In this document: positions 19,476-29,074 of the stretch, piece after piece | Numbering within the stretch: position 1 is the stretch's first letter | Layout of the letters: every line of letters begins with the position of its first letter | From: a cyanobacterium endosymbiont of Braarudosphaera bigelowii | GTDB taxonomy: Bacteria > Cyanobacteriota > Cyanobacteriia > Cyanobacteriales > Microcystaceae | Length of the DNA: 32,000 nt | NCBI RefSeq assembly: GCF_020885515.1 | Contig: NZ_AP024987.1 | Coordinates: 180,001 to 212,000 of the forward strand | Direction of reading: 5' to 3' | The notes under the pieces: model-generated | The model's database searches: none | Told to the model about the DNA's origin: nothing | What the model saw: only the letters and a program-made list of their open reading frames with translations | Made by a program: the position numbers and the translations under genes

Positions 19476-20990
19476 CTAGCTTTTAGTCGTTAAGGGTTTA
19501 TCTTGTTGATAGTGATAGAGCTTGCTAGTCAAACATATTTCTGCCTTTTGTAGTTCTGCTCCCAAATACATAGCATGCTTTACTCCAAGACCAGGACAGT
19601 CTTCTGCAATCTTATTTTGAATTTTTTTTGCAGATTTACCAAAATAATAATTCACAATTTCTCCCGATCCTGGGGTAATATGCTCAACAGATATTTGATT
19701 ATCCTGAATGAAAATTAAGTAGCTTCCACTGGGATCAGCGTATTGTTTCTCTTTACATATTTTTTTATATTCTGCATCTACTATTTTGTCTGCATATTCC
19801 CAACAATCGTTGTAAATATGAGCGCTTTGACTAATAGTAATTAGTGGACCAATCTGCAATTTATAATTAGATCTATCCTGTATCTCTGTAATAATGTGTA
19901 CTTGCAATGCCCTTAAACCCATTGCATTGGAAGGCCATGCAGAAAACATATCATTGCTACGAAATGTAGCTGTTAAAGATAATTCATTATCAATAGTTCT
20001 TATCCAAATATGGTTTAAACAAGGAGGACTATCATTATTGTCATGATCATTAACATCCCATAGAGACATAACAGCTCTAGAAGAATTGATATCAGAGATT
20101 AGTAAACTTATAATTTGTTCAATTTGGTCTTTTTTAAACCAAGATCTTAATCTTTGTCCATATGTATATTTAATACCCTCTCGTTGCGGAGAATCATCAA
20201 GAATTTGAGATATATAGTCATTGATAAATTCTCTTTTTATGGGAAGATAATTAGGCTCAGGAAAATAAAAACTTAATGGTTCATCTTTAACTACAGCTAC
20301 AATATTAATTAGTTCTTGCCACTTTCCATATTCGGTTGGCCTAATTCTTCCAGTTGTTTTAATACGATGTAATATCTTAACCCAAGTTTCTGCAACTGTA
20401 TTACCTTCTATTCGATGGCAATATTTAGTTCCAGGACGTACTTTTGAATTAGTTTCTGTAAAGGGAAAAATTAAAGGTTTGCTCCAAGGCTTTTTTTTCT
20501 TTTTCTGATTCAATTCCTTCATATAGTTAACTGCTTCAACAATTGATTCAGCTTCCTTGTAGACTATAGATCTACGAAGTGATTCTAATATATCAGAAGG
20601 AATTTCTATATCTATATATCCAAGAATATTGGAATTAACAATCCATACATGCTTTCCTATATGATCAACTCCTGCTCTAAAGCCTTTATTTAAGAAGTCT
20701 AATAGACATTGGCATCCTCCCGCATTTCGATCTTCTTTTGTTGCTTGTAATATGATCAGCGAAATCACATGAGGATTTGCTAGTAAGTTTCTTATTAAAG
20801 GACTAATACCTCTAGTTGGACTATACAAATTCCCAATAACTGCATACTCTTTTGATATTAAATATTTTGCTACTGATTCTTTGACTGTCCATCCGGTAAT
20901 AATAGCTGTTTGTCCATAACCACAAATTAGTTGGTTAGGTTTATGATACGGAGTATAATTAAATGAATAACTTGGTGATGTTGTAGACAT
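19476..20990 (-). CDS. Thymidylate-synthase-like protein with additional N- and C-terminal domains
   Basis: 504 aa. The ThyA-like core at residues ~275-400 has YGQRLRSW, SRAVMSLWD, SPPCLNHIW (Cys324, codon 20019-20021), FRSNDMFSAWPSNAMG and SAHIYND. The N-terminal ~170 aa and C-terminal ~90 aa are extra. Confidence 0.75.
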   Translation of the reverse strand: MSTTSPSYSFNYTPYHKPNQLICGYGQTAIITGWTVKESVAKYLISKEYAVIGNLYSPTRGISPLIRNLLANPHVISLIILQATKEDRNAGGCQCLLDFLNKGFRAGVDHIGKHVWIVNSNILGYIDIEIPSDILESLRRSIVYKEAESIVEAVNYMKELNQKKKKKPWSKPLIFPFTETNSKVRPGTKYCHRIEGNTVAETWVKILHRIKTTGRIRPTEYGKWQELINIVAVVKDEPLSFYFPEPNYLPIKREFINDYISQILDDSPQREGIKYTYGQRLRSWFKKDQIEQIISLLISDINSSRAVMSLWDVNDHDNNDSPPCLNHIWIRTIDNELSLTATFRSNDMFSAWPSNAMGLRALQVHIITEIQDRSNYKLQIGPLITISQSAHIYNDCWEYADKIVDAEYKKICKEKQYADPSGSYLIFIQDNQISVEHITPGSGEIVNYYFGKSAKKIQNKIAEDCPGLGVKHAMYLGAELQKAEICLTSKLYHYQQDKPLTTKS

Positions 20991-21138
20991 AAGTAGTTAT
21001 TAGGTACATTATAAAAATCAATCTAATGTAGTATTTTTTACAATAACTTTTCAATTAATTATGTCGAGCTATCTTGTTTTATGAGCTGACAACATTATGT
21101 TAAATTACTTTTCGAAAATATAGAACGATTCTCTGTTG

Positions 21139-21168
21139 TAGAAAAGTCAAAACTTATTGACTTTTCTA
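21139..21168 (-). terminator. 12-bp perfect hairpin (TAGAAAAGTCAA/TTGACTTTTCTA, 6-nt loop) 20 nt downstream of rseP
   Basis: The stem was verified. The T-run (TTTTTATATTT) is on the plus-strand side, so the polarity is ambiguous. The position fits the rseP 3' end. Confidence 0.4.
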
Positions 21169-21188
21169 TTTTTATATTTCTGTTATAT

Positions 21189-22274
21189 TTACATACCAAT
21201 TTGTTTAACAAATTCTTGAACTACAGTTAAGCTAGCTGTGTCACGAATAATTACAAAAATTCCTAATCCTAATAGTAAAACAAGACCAGTTTGCATAATA
21301 CTTTCTTGAAACTTAGTAGGCAATGGTTTTCCTAAAATACCTTCTATTAGTAAAAATACTAATTGTCCACCATCTAATGCAGGTAAAGGTAAGATATTAA
21401 TAATAGCTAAATTAATGCTGATTAATGCACCAAATTGAAATAAATTGCCAAAATTATTTTGAGCAATACTGGCTCCATATTCGACTATTTTAACAGGGCC
21501 AGCAATTTGTTGTACATTTTCTTGAAAATGGCTTATTAGTTGCCAAAATCCCTGAATTGTAAGAGTAAAAGCGTTTAAATAGGTTTTACTACTATAAACA
21601 AATATTTCTATTAAATTTTTAGCATGACTTGACTCAATATTAGGCAATAATCCTACTCCAATTTTTCCCCTTCCTTCTTTATTGGAGTTAGGTATTACAG
21701 TTAAATCTAATATTTCGTCTTTTCTCTTGATGGTTAAATTTAAAGGCTTATCTATCGAGTTTTTTACTTTTTCAACAAATAGTGTAGTTGCAGCAGGAAA
21801 CTCCTTTAATAGATATTGGTCTATGGATAAAATAACATCTCCTTCTTTTATTCCTGCAACCATGGCCGCAGAATTATTATCTATTTGAGGGATCATAAGT
21901 CCTGGCTGTAAATTTTGAATGCCCATCGTAGCAGTCTGTCCAATAAAAAGGAAATAAGCAAAAACTAAATTAGCAATTACTCCCGAACTAATAACTATGG
22001 CTCGATCAAGAATAGGACGATTGCGAAGTAAATTTGAATCATCAACTGCTATGGTACTTTCTGGATCGTCATCAGGAAAACCAACAAATCCACCGAGAGG
22101 AATGAGACAAAAAGTATATTCAGTCTCAGTCCCTTGATATTTTGCTAAAACAGGTCCAAAACCTATAGAAAATCGTTTAACATGAATTCCTTGTAATCTT
22201 GCAGCAAAAAAATGACCTAACTCATGAACAACAATTAGAATAACTAAAACTGTGATCGCCGCCAATGTTGACAT
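21189..22274 (-). CDS. rseP: Site-2 (RseP/M50) intramembrane zinc metalloprotease with a PDZ domain
   Basis: 361 aa with HELGHF in the first TM helix, a central PDZ-like segment (GIKEGDVILSI) and the NILPLPALDGG motif. Confidence 0.9.
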   Translation of the reverse strand: MSTLAAITVLVILIVVHELGHFFAARLQGIHVKRFSIGFGPVLAKYQGTETEYTFCLIPLGGFVGFPDDDPESTIAVDDSNLLRNRPILDRAIVISSGVIANLVFAYFLFIGQTATMGIQNLQPGLMIPQIDNNSAAMVAGIKEGDVILSIDQYLLKEFPAATTLFVEKVKNSIDKPLNLTIKRKDEILDLTVIPNSNKEGRGKIGVGLLPNIESSHAKNLIEIFVYSSKTYLNAFTLTIQGFWQLISHFQENVQQIAGPVKIVEYGASIAQNNFGNLFQFGALISINLAIINILPLPALDGGQLVFLLIEGILGKPLPTKFQESIMQTGLVLLLGLGIFVIIRDTASLTVVQEFVKQIGM

Positions 22275-22422
22275 AATAAATTAGTTGATTATCGGATATT
22301 TAACATTTTTACATTGTAAAACATATAGTAATCCCCTTTCATTTTCAATTAATGACTGACAAAAAGTATTAAAATATGATATTCACTAAATTAAAGTTGA
22401 AAAAAATAATTTCTATATTTTT

Positions 22423-23865
22423 ATGACATTTAAGCAAAATCCGATAAAGTTTGGAACAGATGGATGGCGTGGTGTTATTGCAGCAGATTTTACATTCGAG
22501 AGAGTTATAATGCTTGCTCCTATAGCTGCTCAAGTTTTATTAAATAATTATGGAACAATATCTAATAATCACACTATTATTGTAGGTTATGACCGCCGTT
22601 TCTTGGCTGAAGAATTTGCCAAAGCTGCTGCTGATTCCCTAGTTGAAGCTGGTTTTAGTGTTGCTCTTTCTCAAGCTTATGCTCCAACTCCTGCTTTTAG
22701 CTGGGTAGTTAAGTCACAAAATGCCTTAGGAGCTATTATATTGACTGCAAGTCATAATCCTGGGAAATATCTGGGTGTAAAAATAAAAGGAGCTTTTGGC
22801 GGCTCCGTCTCTTCTGAAATTACTCAGCAAATTGAGAATTTACTATATAATGTACCCAAATTTTCTAAAAAGTTAGGTACATTGAGCTTTTTTGATCCTT
22901 GGAAAAGTTATTCTCAGGAATTAAAAAGTAAAGTCGATATTGAAAAAATTCAAAAAGCAATTAAGAATCAAAAGCTAACTGTTTTTGCCGATGTTATGTA
23001 TGGAGCCGCAGCTAATGGATTAGAAAGATTGTTAGAGTGTCCCATACAGGAAATTAACAGTCATCGAGATCCTCTTTTTGGAGGTCATGCTCCAGAACCT
23101 CTACCTTGTAATCTTACAGAATTATCAACTACAGTTAAAAAATTCAATACTGGTAAAAACTGTAGTTTAAGTATAGGATTAGTTTTTGATGGAGATGGTG
23201 ATCGTATTGCAGCAGTTGATAAGCAAGGAAATTTTCTTAGCTCTCAAGTTTTACTTCCTATTCTGATAGACCATTTAGTAATACATAAAGGATTAAAAGG
23301 CGAAATTATTAAAACTGTTAGTAGTTCAGATTTAATTTCTCGCTTAGCAGGTCTCTATGATCTGCCGATTTTTGAAACTCCTATAGGCTATAAATATATA
23401 GCTGATAGAATGCTAGGCGGTAATGTTTTAATAGGAGGAGAAGAGTCTGGGGGAATTGGTTACGGAATACATATACCCGAAAGAGATGCATTACTGTCTG
23501 CACTATATCTTCTAGAAGCAATAGTCCAAAGTGGTGATGATTTAGGAGAATATTACCTGAAATTACAAAAAAAGGTAAATTTCTTCAATGCTTATAATCG
23601 TATTGATTTACCACTATCAAGTTTTGATATGCGTTCAAAATTGATAAAATACCTAGAAACAAAATCTTTTAAGAAAATTGCCAATAAAAATGTCCTAAGA
23701 TGTGATAAGCAAGATGGTTATAAGTATTCTTTAGAAGATCAAAGTTGGTTACTTATACGTTTTTCTGGTACAGAACCGATTCTAAGATTATATTGTGAGT
23801 CTTTAACTTTAGAAAAGGTTAGTAATATTTTAGAATGGATAAAAAATTGGGCTAGTTCAATTTAA
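22423..23865 (+). CDS. Alpha-D-phosphohexomutase (phosphoglucomutase/phosphomannomutase family)
   Basis: 480 aa. KFGTDGWRG, the active-site TASHNPGKYLGVK, the metal loop FDGDGDR and the sugar loop GGEESGG are present. Substrate is not assignable from sequence alone. Confidence 0.88.
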   Translation: MTFKQNPIKFGTDGWRGVIAADFTFERVIMLAPIAAQVLLNNYGTISNNHTIIVGYDRRFLAEEFAKAAADSLVEAGFSVALSQAYAPTPAFSWVVKSQNALGAIILTASHNPGKYLGVKIKGAFGGSVSSEITQQIENLLYNVPKFSKKLGTLSFFDPWKSYSQELKSKVDIEKIQKAIKNQKLTVFADVMYGAAANGLERLLECPIQEINSHRDPLFGGHAPEPLPCNLTELSTTVKKFNTGKNCSLSIGLVFDGDGDRIAAVDKQGNFLSSQVLLPILIDHLVIHKGLKGEIIKTVSSSDLISRLAGLYDLPIFETPIGYKYIADRMLGGNVLIGGEESGGIGYGIHIPERDALLSALYLLEAIVQSGDDLGEYYLKLQKKVNFFNAYNRIDLPLSSFDMRSKLIKYLETKSFKKIANKNVLRCDKQDGYKYSLEDQSWLLIRFSGTEPILRLYCESLTLEKVSNILEWIKNWASSI

Positions 23866-23938
23866 ACACACATAAGCCTTAATATTAAGATAATCTATAT
23901 ATTTTAATATATAAATAATTCAAAAGATAACATCAAAA

Positions 23939-24151
23939 GTGATTAAAACAATGCAATCATATCAGACTATCAAACTAGCACAGTTCCTTAAGTGGAAAAA
24001 ATTAGTGAGTAGTGGAGGAGAGGCAAAAATTAAGATACAGGGAAAGGAAGTATTGCTCAATGGTAGCATTGAGACTCAAAGAGGAAAGAAACTAGTAACA
24101 GGAGATATAGTGACTTTTAATGGAATAGAACATAAAGTCTTACTTCAATAA
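23939..24151 (+). CDS. S4-domain RNA-binding protein (YbcJ-like)
   Basis: 70 aa. LAQFLKW...SGGEAKIKIQGKEVLLNGSIETQRGKKLVTGDIVTF follows the YbcJ/S4_2 pattern. The start may be GTG 23939 or ATG 23951. Confidence 0.75.
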   Translation: MIKTMQSYQTIKLAQFLKWKKLVSSGGEAKIKIQGKEVLLNGSIETQRGKKLVTGDIVTFNGIEHKVLLQ

Positions 24152-24212
24152 ATCCGCTATGTTGGTATGAAAAATAATTATTTTCCTATTTACACAAATA
24201 AAAATAATATCT

Positions 24213-25340
24213 CTAATAATTACTAGATTTAATTGATAAATCCTCAAGAATCTTGTCTTTAATAGTTAATGCAGTTGCTGGAGCTAGTAAAACGCCATTT
24301 CGATAGTGCCCAGTTGCCAACAAGATATTTGAATAATGAGGAATTTTTTGTATTATAGGAGCTGTTTCTCCATCAGGACGAGGACGCTTGCCAGACCAAA
24401 TTTTGGTAATACTTCCATTTTTAAAATCTGGACATATAGCAAATGCTTGTTTCTTAATTTGTTCCAAAAATTTGGACTGAGTTAATAGTTCTCCAGTTTT
24501 ATGAGGGAATTCTACTGTTGAACCTACCCAATATCTTTTGGGATTGATTGGAATAACATTGACATCTTTTCCAGTGATTACAGGAAGAAAATTAGTATCT
24601 ACTAAAGGAGTATCTAGATCAATTTGCATTGCTTGCCCAATTACAGGCTTAATTTTTACTACGGTTTGTAATTTATTGACTAGTTTATTTGAACCTAAAC
24701 CAGCACTTATTACTATATAGTCCGCTTTTAACGTCTGTTTTGATGTTTTATGATAACAAATTAAATCGTGACTTGAGTTATAATTTAATGATGGAGATAT
24801 TACTTGAACTTTAGTATCGAATAGGCAATTTACTCCATTTAAAGATGCTCCTGCAACAAGAGCCTTTGTTATTTCAACTGGGTTTATCTGAAAATCTTGT
24901 GGAGAATAAATAGCCCCGGTTATTTTATCATCTTTAATATGTGGACACCTTTTCAACAGAGTATCTTTTTCCCATGTTTCTAAAAAATAACCAGAAGAAT
25001 TACGAATTTTAATTAAATCTTTCCATTTTTCTAAATAATCATCTACGTAATGAAGAGATAAAACGCCTTGATAATTAACTGGCATTAATTTCTGCGTTAA
25101 TTTTTCAAGCTCAGGAATTAATGTTTCATAACGCTTTAAACTTCTTTTACATAACTCCCATTTGCTACCTTTCGTTTTATAACTAGCTACTCCCATCAAA
25201 ACTCCTAAGGCTCCTTTCGTAGAGGAAGATGCAGGAAATTTCTTATCAATTAATGTAACCTCTATGCCATTTATTAAACTAAGCTCATAAGCTATTGCTG
25301 ATCCTATGATTCCAGCTCCAATAATGAGAATACGTGGCAT
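24213..25340 (-). CDS. thiO: FAD-dependent glycine oxidase-like oxidoreductase (ThiO/DAO family)
   Basis: 375 aa with the N-terminal dinucleotide fold ILIIGAGIIGSAIAYEL. The C-terminal ATGHYRNGVLLAPATA is typical of ThiO as I remember it. Confidence 0.65.
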   Translation of the reverse strand: MPRILIIGAGIIGSAIAYELSLINGIEVTLIDKKFPASSSTKGALGVLMGVASYKTKGSKWELCKRSLKRYETLIPELEKLTQKLMPVNYQGVLSLHYVDDYLEKWKDLIKIRNSSGYFLETWEKDTLLKRCPHIKDDKITGAIYSPQDFQINPVEITKALVAGASLNGVNCLFDTKVQVISPSLNYNSSHDLICYHKTSKQTLKADYIVISAGLGSNKLVNKLQTVVKIKPVIGQAMQIDLDTPLVDTNFLPVITGKDVNVIPINPKRYWVGSTVEFPHKTGELLTQSKFLEQIKKQAFAICPDFKNGSITKIWSGKRPRPDGETAPIIQKIPHYSNILLATGHYRNGVLLAPATALTIKDKILEDLSIKSSNY

Positions 25341-25395
25341 TTCTTTTAATCAACTCTCCAAAATAATTTTATAGTCAAAAGTAATCAAATATTAG

Positions 25396-25431
25396 AATTT
25401 AAAACTTACTATAAATAGTAAGTTTTGAATT
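25396..25431 (-). terminator. 17-bp hairpin (12 perfect pairs AAAACTTACTAT/ATAGTAAGTTTT, one G-U, then 4 more pairs) about 40 nt downstream of cobU
   Basis: The inverted repeat was verified by hand. It lies between the cobU stop and the thiO start on the same strand. There is no strong U-tract. Confidence 0.45.
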
Positions 25432-25471
25432 AGAAATTACTATATTATCTAACCAATTAATTACTTTAAAG

Positions 25472-26014
25472 TCAATTGCTTTGTATCTTTTGTCCCAAAA
25501 CGCTTAAATTTATAACATGCCCTCCTATTACTAAATAAGTTGTATCAACTCTAGTTCCTAATTTAGAAACTAGAGATCCGAGACGATCACGAAACAATCT
25601 ACCAAGTGGATATGCTGGAACAACTCCCCACCCTGTTTCCTCAGCAACAAAGATCAAATTCACTGGTGTTTTTTTTACACACTTCAAAAGTTCTATAACA
25701 GTCTGGTCCCAGTCTTCATCATTTTCATCTAATTTATTTGCTACCCAAGATCCTATGGAATCAATTAATAAACAAAAGGGAGATCGTGTTGTATTAATAA
25801 CTTCTGTAAGATTGTACGGCACAGATAGAGTTTTCCAATCGGGGGGTCTACGATCACGATGCTTTTTAATACGAGTTTGCCATTGAAAATCAGCAGGATT
25901 TTCAATGGCTGTTGCTACATAAATAACTTTATCATGTAACTTACTAGCTAAATTTTCGGCCCATTCACTTTTGCCTGAACAAGTTGGACCTATAATCAGA
26001 ATATGTTTTGGCAT
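25472..26014 (-). CDS. cobU: Bifunctional adenosylcobinamide kinase / adenosylcobinamide-phosphate guanylyltransferase
   Basis: 180 aa with the P-loop GPTCSGKSEWAE. WQTRIKKHRDRRPPDWKT, LLIDSIGSWVAN and VAEETGWGVVPAYPLGRLFRDRLG follow the CobU/CobP pattern. Confidence 0.8.
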   Translation of the reverse strand: MPKHILIIGPTCSGKSEWAENLASKLHDKVIYVATAIENPADFQWQTRIKKHRDRRPPDWKTLSVPYNLTEVINTTRSPFCLLIDSIGSWVANKLDENDEDWDQTVIELLKCVKKTPVNLIFVAEETGWGVVPAYPLGRLFRDRLGSLVSKLGTRVDTTYLVIGGHVINLSVLGQKIQSN

Positions 26015-26305
26015 TTTATTAAATCTTTATTTAATAAATTATTAGTAAAGTAAATCTTTTTAAAATTTTATCAATAAAAAACAAAATGTTGCTGTTATGC
26101 TTGTTCTATGAGACATAAGTACAAAGTTAAGGAAAAATTATTTAACATAAGCTAATTTTATATTTTAAGAAAGTTTAAATAATATAAGTTGCCATTGATT
26201 ATTTATATAATATCTAATAATTCTGCAGAAAGATTTTTTATGCAAATAATTAATTTTTCATGCTGTTATAGTAGACCCTAAAAATAGAGATATTTTGTTG
26301 ATTAC

Positions 26306-28108
26306 CTAATTTTTTATAAGATATTCTAGTTTTTGTCGTGTACTTATCAGATAAGCTAATCTAATATTGAAAAAAGCATTAATTATAAGAAATAATCTTG
26401 ATATATCAACAGAATATATGCCCCAAACCTTTGGAAAAAAAGTTGCATGAACTAATAAGAAACCTGCTATTCCAATATTTATACCAACAATAAAATTTTT
26501 CCACCCATAAAGTTGAACAAATATAGCAGAGAAACAGTATGATAAAAGAAAACTTACTATAAACGGGTTAAGAGTAGTGGTTCCTCTTATAGAGTTTTCT
26601 AAGTCTAAGAATGAACTTCCAAGAATACGGAATGGCCACTGAGGTAGATCAAAAAAATAAACTCCTTTTAAGAAAAATATTCCTGAACTGCCTAATATAA
26701 CACCTAAATTAAAAGAGAATGAGAAGATAAAGGAATAAGTACGAAATAACAATAGAACTAATAAGTAGGATGTGATTAACATATAAATTTTGAATAGATA
26801 GTTAACGGCTTGAGTGTCTATCCAAAAACCAAGACTAAGACTATAAAAATTGTTAAACCAACTAAATGACTCTTCTAGAATTATTTCTTGATTAAAAGCT
26901 ATCTGAACAGCCTTTTCTGCGTCTAAATGTCCTACTCCAAAATAGTTAAATGGGTCTTGGTTTATTTTACGTGAAGATTTAATCAATATTTGAAAAACAT
27001 CATTAACTTTCTGATAGTTAGCAGCTTTAATTAAAGCTGCTACTCCAGTAACGTGCGCAGCAGCTATACTAGTGCCTTCTAATCTTTGAAAAATTATATT
27101 TTCAGTATTTAAGTCAATTTTTTTTTGAAAATTTGTACTATTGTTACTATTTCCTGGAGCAGAAATATCAACTTGTGCACCAAAATTTGAATAGGATGCC
27201 TTGTTGCCTGTAGTATCTAAGGCCGAGACACTAATAACTTTTTGATATCGGGCAGGATAAGATGCTGTATTGTGATTGTTGTTTCCTGCTGCAGCGATAA
27301 TAACAACACCCTTACCATAAGCATAATTTATAGCATTCTCTAATATCTTGCTTTTACTTTTTCCCCCTAAACTCATATTAATAATATCAGCACCATTGTC
27401 AGCCGCGTAACGTACAGCATCAGCAATATCTGATGTTAGGCCTTCTCCTGTTTTGGAAAGAACTTTTAGAGGCATTATTCTAATTTTATTAAATACCTCA
27501 CTATCATTAACAGTCTGCATTATAACTTTGGCTACATGTGTACCATGTCCATTGTCATCATAGCTATAGTTTTTATTGTTTACAAAATCATACCCTGAAA
27601 TAAGCTTAATTTTTTGAAGCCCAGATACTTTATTTACTCCTGTGTCTATAACAGCAATAGTTATTTTTTTCTTCGATATTTCACCGATATTTTTATCTAA
27701 ATGTATATTAGATAGATTCCACTTCTCATGAGCAAGAGGAACTTGAAAAAAATTACTATACTTTGCTAAAGCCTTATAAATGTAATTAGGTTCTATATAA
27801 TCTATATATTTATTTAGAGAAGATTTTTTCAGATTGTTTAATAGCGTTTCATCTCCTGGTATTATATAAACATTTTCATCGATAGAGTAAATACTATTAA
27901 GACTTACAATAGTTTTATAATCATGAGAGACCTTTTCTATCTGTTGACTTAAAACTGTTGTAGGTATATCTTCGCGAAAATTAATGATAATTGAATTATA
28001 CTTTTCTTTATTCGTAAGTTCCTTAGAACTTATCAAAAAGATTAATAAACCTATTATAAATAAAATTAAAAATAATAGCTTTTGCTTCACTTTCTTTTTT
28101 ATTGACAT
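26306..28108 (-). CDS. Subtilisin-family (S8) serine peptidase with an N-terminal anchor, a propeptide-like region and a C-terminal polytopic membrane domain
   Basis: 600 aa. The catalytic triad contexts are AVIDTGV (Asp155), HGTHVA (His188) and GTSIAAAHVTG (Ser347). Residues ~414-590 contain about five hydrophobic helices. Confidence 0.85.
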   Translation of the reverse strand: MSIKKKVKQKLLFLILFIIGLLIFLISSKELTNKEKYNSIIINFREDIPTTVLSQQIEKVSHDYKTIVSLNSIYSIDENVYIIPGDETLLNNLKKSSLNKYIDYIEPNYIYKALAKYSNFFQVPLAHEKWNLSNIHLDKNIGEISKKKITIAVIDTGVNKVSGLQKIKLISGYDFVNNKNYSYDDNGHGTHVAKVIMQTVNDSEVFNKIRIMPLKVLSKTGEGLTSDIADAVRYAADNGADIINMSLGGKSKSKILENAINYAYGKGVVIIAAAGNNNHNTASYPARYQKVISVSALDTTGNKASYSNFGAQVDISAPGNSNNSTNFQKKIDLNTENIIFQRLEGTSIAAAHVTGVAALIKAANYQKVNDVFQILIKSSRKINQDPFNYFGVGHLDAEKAVQIAFNQEIILEESFSWFNNFYSLSLGFWIDTQAVNYLFKIYMLITSYLLVLLLFRTYSFIFSFSFNLGVILGSSGIFFLKGVYFFDLPQWPFRILGSSFLDLENSIRGTTTLNPFIVSFLLSYCFSAIFVQLYGWKNFIVGINIGIAGFLLVHATFFPKVWGIYSVDISRLFLIINAFFNIRLAYLISTRQKLEYLIKN

Positions 28109-28440
28109 TATCTAGTGATGTATAAATTGAAAACGAACTGAACATCTATCCTTTTCTGTCTACTAATCGTTATTGTTTTAAACAATATTACTACTGAGTT
28201 TATCAAAATAATATTAAGGTATTATCATTAATGGTATACAAGAAAATTAGAGAATTTAAAATTAATTGAATTAATATTTTAAGATTACTATCCTAAACAA
28301 TATGAATTGTTAAAGAATAAATAGAAAGTATATAACTTTAGATATTTAGTTATATAAAAACTGTATTACAAATTTATCAATATTCCAAAAATATTTACAT
28401 AACTAACTAAAAATTAATATAAGATCATAGGAAGTTTATC

Positions 28441-29013
28441 TTGGTAAAATTACTGATGGCAAATGAGTTACTTCAAGGAATTAATATTTTTTTGGTTGGG
28501 ATGATGGGAAGTGGTAAGACAACTATAGGGAAGAAACTAGCACAACATCTTAAGTATCGTTTTTTCGATACAGACATTTTAGTTGAACAAGTAAAACGAC
28601 AGACTATTAGCAATATTTTCCTTGAAGAAGGAGAGGAAGCATTTCGTATTCTTGAAAGCAAAGTTTTATCAGAGCTGGCATCGTGTACAAAAAGTGTTGT
28701 AGCTACTGGAGGAGGAATTATATTAGAGCAAAAAAACTGGAGTTATCTACATCACGGTCTAATCATCTGGTTAGATGTTCCAATTCCTCTCCTTACAAAA
28801 AGACTTAATAATGGTATTTCTCGTCCTTTGTTAAAACAAAAACATTTAAGTACGGAGTTAGAAACATTGTTTAAACAACGTCAAACACTATATGCACAAG
28901 GAGATTTAAGGGTTACTATCAGCGAAAATGATAGTTCTGATGATACTGTAAATAAAATCTTGAAATTAATTCCTACTATCATAAAAACTTCTTCACCAGA
29001 TATTTCTAATTAA
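28441..29013 (+). CDS. aroK: Shikimate kinase
   Basis: 190 aa. The Walker A motif GMMGSGKTTIGKKLA is followed by FFDTD and a GGG lid. The start may be TTG 28441 or ATG 28456. Confidence 0.92.
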   Translation: MVKLLMANELLQGINIFLVGMMGSGKTTIGKKLAQHLKYRFFDTDILVEQVKRQTISNIFLEEGEEAFRILESKVLSELASCTKSVVATGGGIILEQKNWSYLHHGLIIWLDVPIPLLTKRLNNGISRPLLKQKHLSTELETLFKQRQTLYAQGDLRVTISENDSSDDTVNKILKLIPTIIKTSSPDISN

Positions 29014-29074
29014 TAAAATATCAAGGTTTCTCGAACATTGATAATAGAATTTTTATTTAACACTAAATAAAGGA

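Noticed and set aside
22307-22321. 15-nt palindrome TTTTACA-T-TGTAAAA in the rseP/phosphohexomutase divergent spacer, considered as an NtcA-type (GTA-N8-TAC) or other operator.
   Set aside because: The half-site orientation and spacing do not fit GTA-N8-TAC. A 7-bp arm in sequence that is over 80% AT is expected by chance. Several similar 7-9-bp palindromes occur in other spacers, for example near 23880, 26016 and 28329.
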